Position numbers and translations under genes: made by a program
From: a virus
Taxonomy: Duplodnaviria; Caudoviricetes
Direction: 5' to 3' (one strand)
Virus record (IMG/VR): IMGVR_UViG_3300031857_000001
DNA length: 64,000 bases
In this document: positions 33,553-43,278 of the stretch, piece after piece
How the letters are laid out: each line of letters starts with the position of its first letter
How positions within the stretch are numbered: position 1 is the stretch's first letter
Notes under the pieces: generated by a model
Told to the model about the DNA's origin: nothing
What the model saw: only the letters and a program-made list of their open reading frames with translations
Databases searched by the model: none

Positions 33553-35880
33553 ATGAAAAAAATCGTTTTATTACTCACACTTTGTCTATCCTTTATTCTC
33601 GGATATGGTCAATATGACTTATCCAAGAATATTGACAGACAAGTAATGGTGGTTCCACAAAAAGGTATGGAATCCCAAACTCAGGCGTTTATTCAGAGAA
33701 GTAACGCTCAGATTGTTGCTAATTTTGAGCAACTTGGATGGTATGTTGTATTACTACCTGAAAATTTAACTCAAGATTCATTCGTTAGGTCTTCCAAAGA
33801 CTTACCGTTTATTAAAGAGGTCTATAAAGACCAAAAGGTTGAAATGAAACTTGATTATATTCCAAATGATGTGGAATTTAATCAATGTTGGCACTTACGT
33901 CAAACGAGTGACAAAGACATTGATGCTGATGAAGCTTGGGATTTAGTTCCGGCAACTAATCCAACTGTTAGTGTTGCAATGTTTGATGGAGGTCTTGATT
34001 TAACTATTCCTGATTTGGCCGGTAACACAACAAATCCGTTTAATGCCGTTAACAGTACTACGAACATTCCTTATGTAAATGCCGAAGATAAACACGGAAC
34101 AACCTGTTCAGGTACTATCGCTGCAGTTACAAACAACAGTATTGGAGTTAGTAGTGTTGGTAATAATAAGGTTAAGGTAATGCCTGTTAACATTATGTCT
34201 CAGGTTTTTGCTGGAGGTAGTTTTTCTACTTCAGATGTGATTCAAATTAATGGCGTTAATGCGGCTATGGCTAATCCAACTTGTGTTGCAATTGCAATGT
34301 CATATGGTGGTTCATCTTATTCATCGGCCCTTGACGCAGCTTTCCAAGCGGCAAGAACAACGGCAAGAGGTGGAAAAGGAATGGTTGTGGTTGCCTCATC
34401 AGGTAATGGTTCTTCAGGAACTGCAAATCAATACCCCGCTAATTATAGTGGAGTTTGGGGTATCGGAGCAACATCATCAACTGACCTTAAAGCTAGTTTT
34501 TCTAACTTTGGTCAAATTTGTGATATATCCGCCCCTGGCACACAAATTAGAACTGTCGATAGACCAGGAACTGCAGGATATAGTACAGGTGATTATACCT
34601 CAATAAGTGGAACATCATTCTCTTGCCCGATATTTGCGGCTTCTGCTGCGTTTTGTTTTTACAAGAATTGGGAATTAACTGATGACCAAGTTTTACAAAT
34701 ACTTGCAACAACGGCTGAAAAAGTTGGGGGATATAGTTACACAAATAACTCAACTTGGCCACTGTCAACAAGAAGTAATGAACTTGGTTATGGTAGAATT
34801 AATTTAAGAGATGCTATTATTGCAACACCAAATCCAGGAGGAATTGTTCCACCACCACCACCACCACCAACTTTGGTTCATAACTTTTTAATTAACACTT
34901 TAACTGTAAATCCCGCAACTGTTACAGTTGGCTCTAATATTACAATTTCAGCAACAATTGCAACACAGAACCCAACGTATCCGGCAGTTGAAGTAATGAC
35001 TCAGCATAGATTATCAACTAATACAACTTGGGGTGACTCTGATGATATTATCATAGGTACCACAAGTGGTACATTAGGTGGTGGTGTAGCAACAGATGTC
35101 GAGACAATAACTTATAATGTTGGTAACATTACGGGGCTCAGATATATTATCAGTAGGGCTAATTTTATGGGAACTATTTCAGAAACTAATCCAAATGATA
35201 ATACAAGACAAGCAAGTTTCAACGTTACCCAACCAAGTGCCGCTGGTGCCGACCTATCAGTATCATTAACTATACCATCAACACCTTCGACCACAATTTC
35301 ACCAACTCAAACCACAGTTACTTTTCAGTGGAAAGTTACAAATACAGGAACAGTTCCAATTACATCATTTACTTGGGACAGAATGTGGGTGAATATTCCT
35401 GAAGCAACCAGAACTTGGCCTATACCCCCAAATGGTGCTTTTCCAGGTTCTTGGCAAGGTCCATTACTTCCGGGCCAGTGGATTTATCTACCGGGTGGAG
35501 GAACACCAACTAATCGAGTAAGTGTATCTTATTTATCGGCATCCGCGTGTTTTAGTGCGAACAGTTGTGCTTTACCACTCGGTTCAACAAACACTTTCAG
35601 ATTAAGAATTCTTACTGTAAATGGGGGAACAGGTGATAGTAACCTTGCAAATAACCAAGTTGAATGTACTGTAACAAGACTTGCAACTGCGGTTAACAAT
35701 GGAGATGTTATTGATACACCTGAAGTTAAATTTGTTGAGGTTAGACAGTTTAGTAATTTATATGAAAAACCAATTAGATACGGTAGCATTGATGAAGCGA
35801 TACTTGAAAAGGGACTTAATATAATTCATATCCATTACTCAGATGGAACAGTAGAAATCAGAAAGATTTCGGTAAATTAA
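33553..35880 (+). CDS. exported S8 subtilisin-like serine protease with CARDB-like C-terminal domains
   Basis: Signal peptide ending YG-Q; FDGG (Asp), HGTTCSG (His), SSGN, GTSFSCP (Ser); DLSV...NTG...DSNLANN domains; CTD-like tail GLNIIHIHYSDGTVEIRKI. Confidence 0.88.
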   Translation: MKKIVLLLTLCLSFILGYGQYDLSKNIDRQVMVVPQKGMESQTQAFIQRSNAQIVANFEQLGWYVVLLPENLTQDSFVRSSKDLPFIKEVYKDQKVEMKLDYIPNDVEFNQCWHLRQTSDKDIDADEAWDLVPATNPTVSVAMFDGGLDLTIPDLAGNTTNPFNAVNSTTNIPYVNAEDKHGTTCSGTIAAVTNNSIGVSSVGNNKVKVMPVNIMSQVFAGGSFSTSDVIQINGVNAAMANPTCVAIAMSYGGSSYSSALDAAFQAARTTARGGKGMVVVASSGNGSSGTANQYPANYSGVWGIGATSSTDLKASFSNFGQICDISAPGTQIRTVDRPGTAGYSTGDYTSISGTSFSCPIFAASAAFCFYKNWELTDDQVLQILATTAEKVGGYSYTNNSTWPLSTRSNELGYGRINLRDAIIATPNPGGIVPPPPPPPTLVHNFLINTLTVNPATVTVGSNITISATIATQNPTYPAVEVMTQHRLSTNTTWGDSDDIIIGTTSGTLGGGVATDVETITYNVGNITGLRYIISRANFMGTISETNPNDNTRQASFNVTQPSAAGADLSVSLTIPSTPSTTISPTQTTVTFQWKVTNTGTVPITSFTWDRMWVNIPEATRTWPIPPNGAFPGSWQGPLLPGQWIYLPGGGTPTNRVSVSYLSASACFSANSCALPLGSTNTFRLRILTVNGGTGDSNLANNQVECTVTRLATAVNNGDVIDTPEVKFVEVRQFSNLYEKPIRYGSIDEAILEKGLNIIHIHYSDGTVEIRKISVN

Positions 35881-35903
35881 AAAATAAATTTTATATATAA
35901 AGG

Positions 35904-35950
35904 GGAGGCGAGAGCCTCCTTTTTTATTTTATGGATATTTATAAAGAAAA
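35904..35950 (+). repeat. terminator + late promoter cassette, copy 1
   Basis: GGAGGC-GAGA-GCCTCC-TTTTTTATTTTATGGATATTTATAAAGAAAA. Confidence 0.8.
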
Positions 35951-35959
35951 TTAATCAAC

Positions 35960-38900
35960 ATGGCATTTAATTATTATTATGATTTTGAGGACTGTACACA
36001 AATAGACCTCACAGGTAACCCAATAAACTATGTTGTAGGTTCTAATTATGTTTTAAATGAAGGTGAATATTACACTATTTTTAACGTATCGAGTCCAAAT
36101 CAACGAGTTTGTGGGGTAAATCTTACAGCATCAACCTCAACCGCTGCGACATATTATACTGAAGCTATTTATGAATATTCATCATGCACAACATGTTTAA
36201 GCGCTATAACCAACATAATATCCGTTTCAGGTTTAACTCCATTAAGTAGCGGAAATACGTTAACCTTAGTTGCTGATAGTAGATATATCAAAGGTGATAT
36301 AATCCATATAGATATTGTATACGACTCGTCTGGGGATTTAGTATTCATTAATACACCTGCATTAATAACTGGTATATCAGGATATACAGAGACTGGATGG
36401 ACAGTACCTAATATAATAGAATATGTACCTTATAAATCTTTTAAACAAGTTATTGAATCTAAGGGTGTTTATTATTTAATTTCGGATTGTTCTGGTGGTA
36501 CCGAAAGTATAATTTTAAGTAAGCAAGAGTTGTTATATCAAAATGCGGTTATTAACCTACCTTATGGTAATTCTCCTTGTAAGGTTATTTTAACCGCTTT
36601 AACTGAGGGAAATTATTCGGATATTTCTGGAGTTACAACTGTTTTAAATAGTTCTGTAATATATTCAAAGTGTGACCAATGTTTATCAAGTTTAGAATCG
36701 GCAGTTGTTGATGATGAGTTTGAACAAAATACCTACGACGCTCTTACGATTAGTGAATTGAAACAATTAACTGATGGGTCTATAGTGGTAGGAGGTTCAG
36801 AATTACAAACAGTGGATAATGGAGACTTATTTAATTTTGGTAATATTCTTAAGTTAAATCAAGATGGAAGCCCCAATTTAACTTTTAATCCAAATAGTCA
36901 AGGTTCATTAAATTTGAATGGAAGTACTTTTATATACTCAAATTATTCTGAAGATTTTAATTTAACTGGTAATTTTTCAATTGAATTTTGGTTTAAATTA
37001 GGTAATCACGGTACAGATGGTGGTATTATTTCATTTAAAGACGGTGATGATAATGGATGGGAGATTAGATTCGAAGGAGATGATAATTTCATAACATTTG
37101 ACTATAATGGTAATTTATTAACATCAACAACTGAACTGAATGCCAATGAGTGGTATAATATTGCGGTTGTGAATGATTGTGGTACAGATAATTTAATTAT
37201 GTACATTAATGGTAGTGATGATGTTACTACAGGATGTACAAGTGGATTAACCGCAAGTACTGAAACTATATTTAAAGTTGGGGTTAATAAATCCCTTAAT
37301 TCTTATGTTTCAGGTTTAATTACAAATGTTAGAATTGTTAATGGTGACGATAATTTTGCATATGACGGAACCTTTACCCCCCAAACTTCTCCATTAAGAA
37401 ATAGACAGAATGGTTATGGTAACGTTAGGAGTATTAGTCCTAGCGAAGTTGTTCTATTATTGAATTTTGAGGATAAATACAGGACACTTTTTGATACTAG
37501 TGTTTATAAAAAACCATTCTATGTTAAGAATCCGTCGGTACTTAAGATTGCTGAAAAATGTCGTTGTGTGAGATTTAGAAACACCGGTACAACTGTTCAA
37601 AATTTAACATGGCAAAAATGTTTTGAACCAGGTTTTGGACAAAATTCTTTGGTGACAGTTCCTATATTACCAGGAGAAACATTACCGTATACATGTGTAC
37701 AACAAGGAATTCTTTATCCAAGTAATTTTAATTATCCAGGAATAATAGCTGAAATTGGTATACTTTCTGATGGAAATTGTGTTCAAATAAGTAATACGGA
37801 ATTCCTTTGTCCCGGCCGTTGTAATTGCTATTCAGTTAAAAATAATACATCTGATGTCATTGAACTACAATATTATGATTGTAACAGAGATTTAATTACT
37901 GATATTTTTATAGCTCCTAATGACCCTGAAATATTAGTTTGTTCATTATATTTTATACCTTCTAATCTAACAATAGTAGACCAAAATTATCAATGTAGTG
38001 CGACAACTCAAACTTATCCTTTTGGATGGCAATGCGCTCCTCCGGTTGACCCAAGATGTGCTCCAATATATGTTGATTATTGTTATAACCAGTTTGCACC
38101 AAATAATAACGGAACTCAACCAGGACCAATAACCGCTTGGTATTCAACAGGTTTATTAGGTAATACTCAATTGAATTTAAATTTACCTTCTACAATAACT
38201 GTTAACCACAATGTCGGTGCTCGTTATCAAATAGATATTACTCATACTTTAAGCTATACTACAAATACGGGTAGACTATGGATTTTACACACTAATAGTA
38301 ACGCATATGTTTCTACTGTAGCGGCACCTTATTTAATCGATGAATGGTTTTTATTCTTTACTCAAGGAGTTGGATTTACTGTTACGTATAATAGAAGAAT
38401 AACTATCGGAGCCGCGTTAATGACCGGAACTATAAATTGGGGACCTGGTAGTGGTATGGCGGCTAGAGATAATACCACGTTAATTGTTAGTAGATATAGT
38501 CAGGTGTCAAGTACCTTTGCAACACCTACAAGTATTGTACAACTTAATATTGCCGCAGGTAATAACATTACCCTAACAACCGCACAGGTGACAACATTAT
38601 TCTCATTACCCGCCAATGGCTCTGTTATTACACTTAATGATGCACCTATTGATGGAATCAATAACCCAATTAATATTAGTTCAAAAATAGTAGTGTCAGG
38701 AGGTATGACATTAACGGATAACAATAGATTAATTATCAAGTGTAAGTTAGGTGCTAACCCTAGTGGTAATGTTGACCAAATATTATTACAATATACTTTG
38801 GCCGGAACATTAGAACATGCTCGTCGTTTGGACCCAATCGGACTTTCAAATCCAATTAATAGTGCTGTATTCTCATATGACAACCGAGTATTAATACAAT

Positions 38901-39118
38901 CAACAGCGGGAGCAAATCCTGTCGGATGGTCAGTACTTAGATATAATGGTACACCTACTGCAATGACTACATCACTGAGTAATCAAACGGTTCCTCTTCT
39001 TTTCCCTGGTCAATACACATTAACAGGACCAATGGGGGCTTCATCACCAAGAAGGGTTAGTATTGCTAATGCATGTCCAACTGTTGATTTACCTATAAAT
39101 GTTACAAGTATAAGTTAA
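35960..39118 (+). CDS. large Cys-rich putative virion fibre/adhesin (LamG, CxC modules, propeller-like C-terminus)
   Basis: FSIEFWF/WYNIAVV LamG motifs; CRC/CNCY modules; no signal peptide; late promoter. Confidence 0.6.
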   Translation: MAFNYYYDFEDCTQIDLTGNPINYVVGSNYVLNEGEYYTIFNVSSPNQRVCGVNLTASTSTAATYYTEAIYEYSSCTTCLSAITNIISVSGLTPLSSGNTLTLVADSRYIKGDIIHIDIVYDSSGDLVFINTPALITGISGYTETGWTVPNIIEYVPYKSFKQVIESKGVYYLISDCSGGTESIILSKQELLYQNAVINLPYGNSPCKVILTALTEGNYSDISGVTTVLNSSVIYSKCDQCLSSLESAVVDDEFEQNTYDALTISELKQLTDGSIVVGGSELQTVDNGDLFNFGNILKLNQDGSPNLTFNPNSQGSLNLNGSTFIYSNYSEDFNLTGNFSIEFWFKLGNHGTDGGIISFKDGDDNGWEIRFEGDDNFITFDYNGNLLTSTTELNANEWYNIAVVNDCGTDNLIMYINGSDDVTTGCTSGLTASTETIFKVGVNKSLNSYVSGLITNVRIVNGDDNFAYDGTFTPQTSPLRNRQNGYGNVRSISPSEVVLLLNFEDKYRTLFDTSVYKKPFYVKNPSVLKIAEKCRCVRFRNTGTTVQNLTWQKCFEPGFGQNSLVTVPILPGETLPYTCVQQGILYPSNFNYPGIIAEIGILSDGNCVQISNTEFLCPGRCNCYSVKNNTSDVIELQYYDCNRDLITDIFIAPNDPEILVCSLYFIPSNLTIVDQNYQCSATTQTYPFGWQCAPPVDPRCAPIYVDYCYNQFAPNNNGTQPGPITAWYSTGLLGNTQLNLNLPSTITVNHNVGARYQIDITHTLSYTTNTGRLWILHTNSNAYVSTVAAPYLIDEWFLFFTQGVGFTVTYNRRITIGAALMTGTINWGPGSGMAARDNTTLIVSRYSQVSSTFATPTSIVQLNIAAGNNITLTTAQVTTLFSLPANGSVITLNDAPIDGINNPINISSKIVVSGGMTLTDNNRLIIKCKLGANPSGNVDQILLQYTLAGTLEHARRLDPIGLSNPINSAVFSYDNRVLIQSTAGANPVGWSVLRYNGTPTAMTTSLSNQTVPLLFPGQYTLTGPMGASSPRRVSIANACPTVDLPINVTSIS

Positions 39119-39134
39119 TTATTAATTATTACAT

Positions 39135-39191
39135 AAAAAAAGGAGGCCACTTAGACCTCCTTTTTTATTTTATAGATATTTATAAAGAAAA
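39135..39191 (+). repeat. terminator + late promoter cassette, copy 2
   Basis: 57 nt, one mismatch to 43189-43245. Confidence 0.9.
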
Positions 39192-39199
39192 ATTAAAAT

Positions 39200-42100
39200 A
39201 TGAATTATAGCGGAGCGCCAACTGGAAATACCTTCTCGATTGATTTACCTGAAGGTTTTAAATTTAATTTTTATGGTAAAGAATATGATACCGTATATGT
39301 TAACGCAAATTCTTACCTGACTTTGGACCAAGGGTCCGAATCAGGAGGTCTCATTTTACCCGACCAAATACCTTCTGAAATTGATTCTTCAGGTGTTTTT
39401 ATGTCAACTTATGGGGATTCAAACAACGATAACCAAACATATATAACCAGTGTAACCACAGGTTTAACAGATGATGACAATACTTTCACTGTAACAGTAC
39501 AAGGGGGTTATCAAAAATTAGGTGGTGGTAACCAGTGTTATTGTTACACAGTACTTTATAATCCCCCTCTTGATTCGCCTAATTATGACCAATTTTCATA
39601 TATATGGCCACCTAATACACCTCAACAAGTTATTCCATATCCCGAAACCATCTCATTGAGATATTTCGATTGTAAGAATGTTGGGGTGTGTGCCACAGGC
39701 ATCAACGCATTAGGAACTCAGTCTGTTACTTTAACCGCAGGAGTTCCACAACAGATATGTTCGTATCCCAGTTATTTAACCAGTCAGGTGTTCGTTAATA
39801 CCACCACTGGTCAGTACGAACAACCATCCCCTGGAGTTTGTGGTTGGATGACATTTTTACCGAATGACGTACCTGGTGTTGCAACTACTGATTTCAATAA
39901 TCCCCCCAATAGTTTTATTACATTTACACCGGTTTTATCACAAGGACTACAATCTCTATGTGTTAGTTCAGATGGTTTAACAAGTTTGGACTCTCAGTTT
40001 TATATTAATGCCGCAACCGCTGTTTGTCAAATACAACCACCACCAACTAATTGCCAGTGTTACATGATATACAATTCGGCGGGTTCACAGAGACAGGCAT
40101 TTTTCACAGCTTGTTCTTCATTAAATCCAAATTCTGTAACATTGAACCCACAAGGTAGTGCTAGAGTATGTGTTAATGCGACTACAAATTTCACATTTAA
40201 TGGAGCGGGTGTTGTGGTATCACCTTTGGGGCCTGACGGAGTACAGTCATGTGTTAATAATAATAGTTGTGCAGGACCAAATTGTTTTTGTTTTAGTGCA
40301 TATAATGAAGATAACCAAACTGGTGAAATAACCGGAATTGTTGATTGTGCAACAGGAAACGCACTTCAACCATTTCCAATGTTCCCATCATTTGGTTATA
40401 CTCAGACAAGTCCTGTAAAAATATGTTCTAGAACTTTTCCTAGTTCATCAAGTAATGTAACAATAGCTTCTACATTTTCAGCTTGTACTGGACCTTATAC
40501 CATAAATAATGGGGCTCAAGAATATAATTGTCCTCCATGGGAAGAACCACCATTACCTTGTTATTGTGTACAAGTTTCAAATAATGCACCTGTTTTCAAT
40601 AACACAGTTTCAGTAACTGGTGGTTGGGGTCGATTAAGATATAGAGATTGTAGTGGTGATATTGTAAATGAAGCTTATGACCTAAATGTACCACCTAGAA
40701 GTAGATTTAGGTTATGTATCCAAGAAATATTGGATGTTAGTCCGTCTCCTTCGTCGTTTAATAATTCTCAAGGAGTAAGTATCAGAAATGACCAGATTTT
40801 GTGTCAAACAAATAATGACGGAGATACTGTTTGTCCATGTCAATGCGTTCGGGCGACGAGAATCAATACAGTTCCGGGTTCCATTGGCGGATATAGGTAT
40901 AAAGTTTGTCAATTACCCAACAGTAACGCTTCAGAAATTATAGGAATATTATCGGATGGAAACCCGCAAGATTTTGTTTGTACTGAAATGTACGGGACTT
41001 CGGCAATTACAGTCAATTTCATAAATAACACATCATTTACTTTTTTAGGTACCTCATGTAATTCTTTATTCTCTTTTTGCGAACCAACACCAACTCCAAC
41101 ACCTACTAAGACTAAAACACCAACTCCTACAAGAACTAGAACTCCGACCGTAACAAGGACTCCGACCCAAACAAGGACTCCGACCCAAACAAGGACTCAA
41201 ACTCCAACTGTAACTAGAACTCAAACTCAAACTAGAACTCAAACTCAAACTAGAACTCAAACTCCAACTGTAACAAGAACTCCAACCCAAACTAGAACTC
41301 AAACTCCAACTATAACAAGAACTCAAACTCAAACTAGAACTCAAACTCCAACAATGACATCAACTATGACTAGAACACCTTCACAAACACCTTTACCACC
41401 TTTACCACCTTGTTCAGTTTTAATTAATTCGACAAATACAAATAGTTTATGGGCATATAATGTAACAAATAATACAGTTATACCGTTATTCTTACCTGGA
41501 GTATTTACAACCCCATATACTGATGTTGCCGCGTCTCAAGACAACAATATACTTGTTTTAGGTTACAATTTATTTACCGCGAATCCAACAATCCAATACT
41601 GGGGTATCGATTTTGTTGCCGGAAGTATTATTTCGGGACCAACTACCACAACATTCAATGTAACGGGTATTGGCGAAGGTTTAGGGTTGAACTTGACAGG
41701 AGACAGAATCTATGTATCAAGAACGGTTAATGGAACCCAAAGTATTTTAATATCAAACTACACAGTTAACCCAATAACTAGTAATACATTATTAACTTTA
41801 CAAGCAGGAAGAACTGTTTCAGGTGATATCCTTAGAACAACAACAGGTAAATTAATATTCACAAGTAGAGATAATACTAGCTTGTACATTGAGCAATGGT
41901 CTACCGATGATGTTACGGCGACATTTGATGGTGATTTTAATTTAACGGGATTAAATATGTTGTTTAATATTAATGTTGAATCTGATATATTCATACAAGA
42001 TGGTGTGTTTTATATAACTAGAGGTGCTGGTACTAGTGAGAGTGTTTGGACTTTAAGTCAGGACGGAGGTACTTTACAAGAAATTTATACACAAATGCCA

Positions 42101-43174
42101 ACAAATGGTCTAATAAGAGGGGCCACATCGTTCCCTGAATGTAACGATTGGGAATTCACATTTGTTGACCCTAGATGCAGACCACTTGTAATATTTGCAC
42201 CATGTCTTAATGACTCTCCAGTGGCGGGAAATATTTTTAGTATTTACGCTTTAAATCCGGCAGGTAATAGCTTACAACAAATTAATTTCACACCAGGTAT
42301 TTCATGGGCTGGAGGTACTGGTAATAGATACAGTATGGATATAGCTCACACTCTAAATTACGATAGTAACACTGGTAAAATGTGGATTTCACTCAGACAG
42401 ATAACTAGTTCTAATCCTCAATATAACATTTTTGAATATAATTTGAGTGTTACTTTAGATGGAATATTCGGTGTAACTTATGTTAGACGAATTAATTTAC
42501 CTTTAGGTTTTATTATAGGTAAAGGTCTAGCAGTTAGAAATAATAATACTCTTATTACAAGTAGAGAACCTGCTGGAGTAACAAACCATGTCGAAATAGT
42601 TGAGTTGGATATTAGTAATCCTGCAGACCCATTAAATTTGACAAATGCTCAAGTTACTGAAATTCTTACATTACCTATTGGAGGTGATACATTTGTAACC
42701 ACAGGAACTCAAGGAATTATTACAATGATTGCCAATAGAAGAGTAGTAGTTACTGGTGACATGGTATTAACAGATGAAGGAAATTTAATTATAATGGGTA
42801 TGCAAATGCTGGCAACTGAAGGATGGGGTCAAACTGATAACGCTAAATGTTTGTTACAATATGATTACGCGTCAGGCGTTATAAACTTTATAAGAACTTA
42901 TCCTTGGAATGGTGTGGGTCATCAGTTTAGTCCTGTTATTTATAACGATAGTCTATTTGGTATAGGGTCAGGGGCAAATGATTGTAATATTCCATTCGCA
43001 TATCGACCGATAAATATAACTAATGGAAATTATGCTGGTACTTCATATAACGTTCCAGCACCTACTAATTTTGTTAACATAGGTCCTTATGGTGCGTCAT
43101 CACCTAGATTTATAGGAGGTACAAATCCTTGTATAACAACAAATGGTAATTTGATACCAAACATTGTAAATTAA
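39200..43174 (+). CDS. large Cys-rich, Thr/Pro-repeat putative virion fibre/adhesin
   Basis: NIDO-like start (FKFNFYGKEYDTVYVNAN), multiple CxCY modules, TRTQ/TPT tract, C-terminal domain homologous to that of 35960-39118. Confidence 0.6.
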   Translation: MNYSGAPTGNTFSIDLPEGFKFNFYGKEYDTVYVNANSYLTLDQGSESGGLILPDQIPSEIDSSGVFMSTYGDSNNDNQTYITSVTTGLTDDDNTFTVTVQGGYQKLGGGNQCYCYTVLYNPPLDSPNYDQFSYIWPPNTPQQVIPYPETISLRYFDCKNVGVCATGINALGTQSVTLTAGVPQQICSYPSYLTSQVFVNTTTGQYEQPSPGVCGWMTFLPNDVPGVATTDFNNPPNSFITFTPVLSQGLQSLCVSSDGLTSLDSQFYINAATAVCQIQPPPTNCQCYMIYNSAGSQRQAFFTACSSLNPNSVTLNPQGSARVCVNATTNFTFNGAGVVVSPLGPDGVQSCVNNNSCAGPNCFCFSAYNEDNQTGEITGIVDCATGNALQPFPMFPSFGYTQTSPVKICSRTFPSSSSNVTIASTFSACTGPYTINNGAQEYNCPPWEEPPLPCYCVQVSNNAPVFNNTVSVTGGWGRLRYRDCSGDIVNEAYDLNVPPRSRFRLCIQEILDVSPSPSSFNNSQGVSIRNDQILCQTNNDGDTVCPCQCVRATRINTVPGSIGGYRYKVCQLPNSNASEIIGILSDGNPQDFVCTEMYGTSAITVNFINNTSFTFLGTSCNSLFSFCEPTPTPTPTKTKTPTPTRTRTPTVTRTPTQTRTPTQTRTQTPTVTRTQTQTRTQTQTRTQTPTVTRTPTQTRTQTPTITRTQTQTRTQTPTMTSTMTRTPSQTPLPPLPPCSVLINSTNTNSLWAYNVTNNTVIPLFLPGVFTTPYTDVAASQDNNILVLGYNLFTANPTIQYWGIDFVAGSIISGPTTTTFNVTGIGEGLGLNLTGDRIYVSRTVNGTQSILISNYTVNPITSNTLLTLQAGRTVSGDILRTTTGKLIFTSRDNTSLYIEQWSTDDVTATFDGDFNLTGLNMLFNINVESDIFIQDGVFYITRGAGTSESVWTLSQDGGTLQEIYTQMPTNGLIRGATSFPECNDWEFTFVDPRCRPLVIFAPCLNDSPVAGNIFSIYALNPAGNSLQQINFTPGISWAGGTGNRYSMDIAHTLNYDSNTGKMWISLRQITSSNPQYNIFEYNLSVTLDGIFGVTYVRRINLPLGFIIGKGLAVRNNNTLITSREPAGVTNHVEIVELDISNPADPLNLTNAQVTEILTLPIGGDTFVTTGTQGIITMIANRRVVVTGDMVLTDEGNLIIMGMQMLATEGWGQTDNAKCLLQYDYASGVINFIRTYPWNGVGHQFSPVIYNDSLFGIGSGANDCNIPFAYRPINITNGNYAGTSYNVPAPTNFVNIGPYGASSPRFIGGTNPCITTNGNLIPNIVN
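41084..41400 (+). repeat. Thr/Pro/Gln/Arg low-complexity tandem repeats (6/12/18-bp units)
   Basis: ACTCAA, ACTAGA, ACTCCGACCCAAACAAGG units encoding TPTQTRTQT... Confidence 0.85.
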
Positions 43175-43188
43175 AAACTATGTATTTT

Positions 43189-43245
43189 AAAAAAAGGAGG
43201 TCACTTAGACCTCCTTTTTTATTTTATAGATATTTATAAAGAAAA
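43189..43245 (+). repeat. terminator + late promoter cassette, copy 3
   Basis: GGAGGTC-ACTTA-GACCTCC-TTTTTTATTTTATAGATATTTATAAAGAAAA. Confidence 0.9.
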
Positions 43246-43278
43246 ATAAAATAGTTATCACAATAAAAAAAAGATAAT

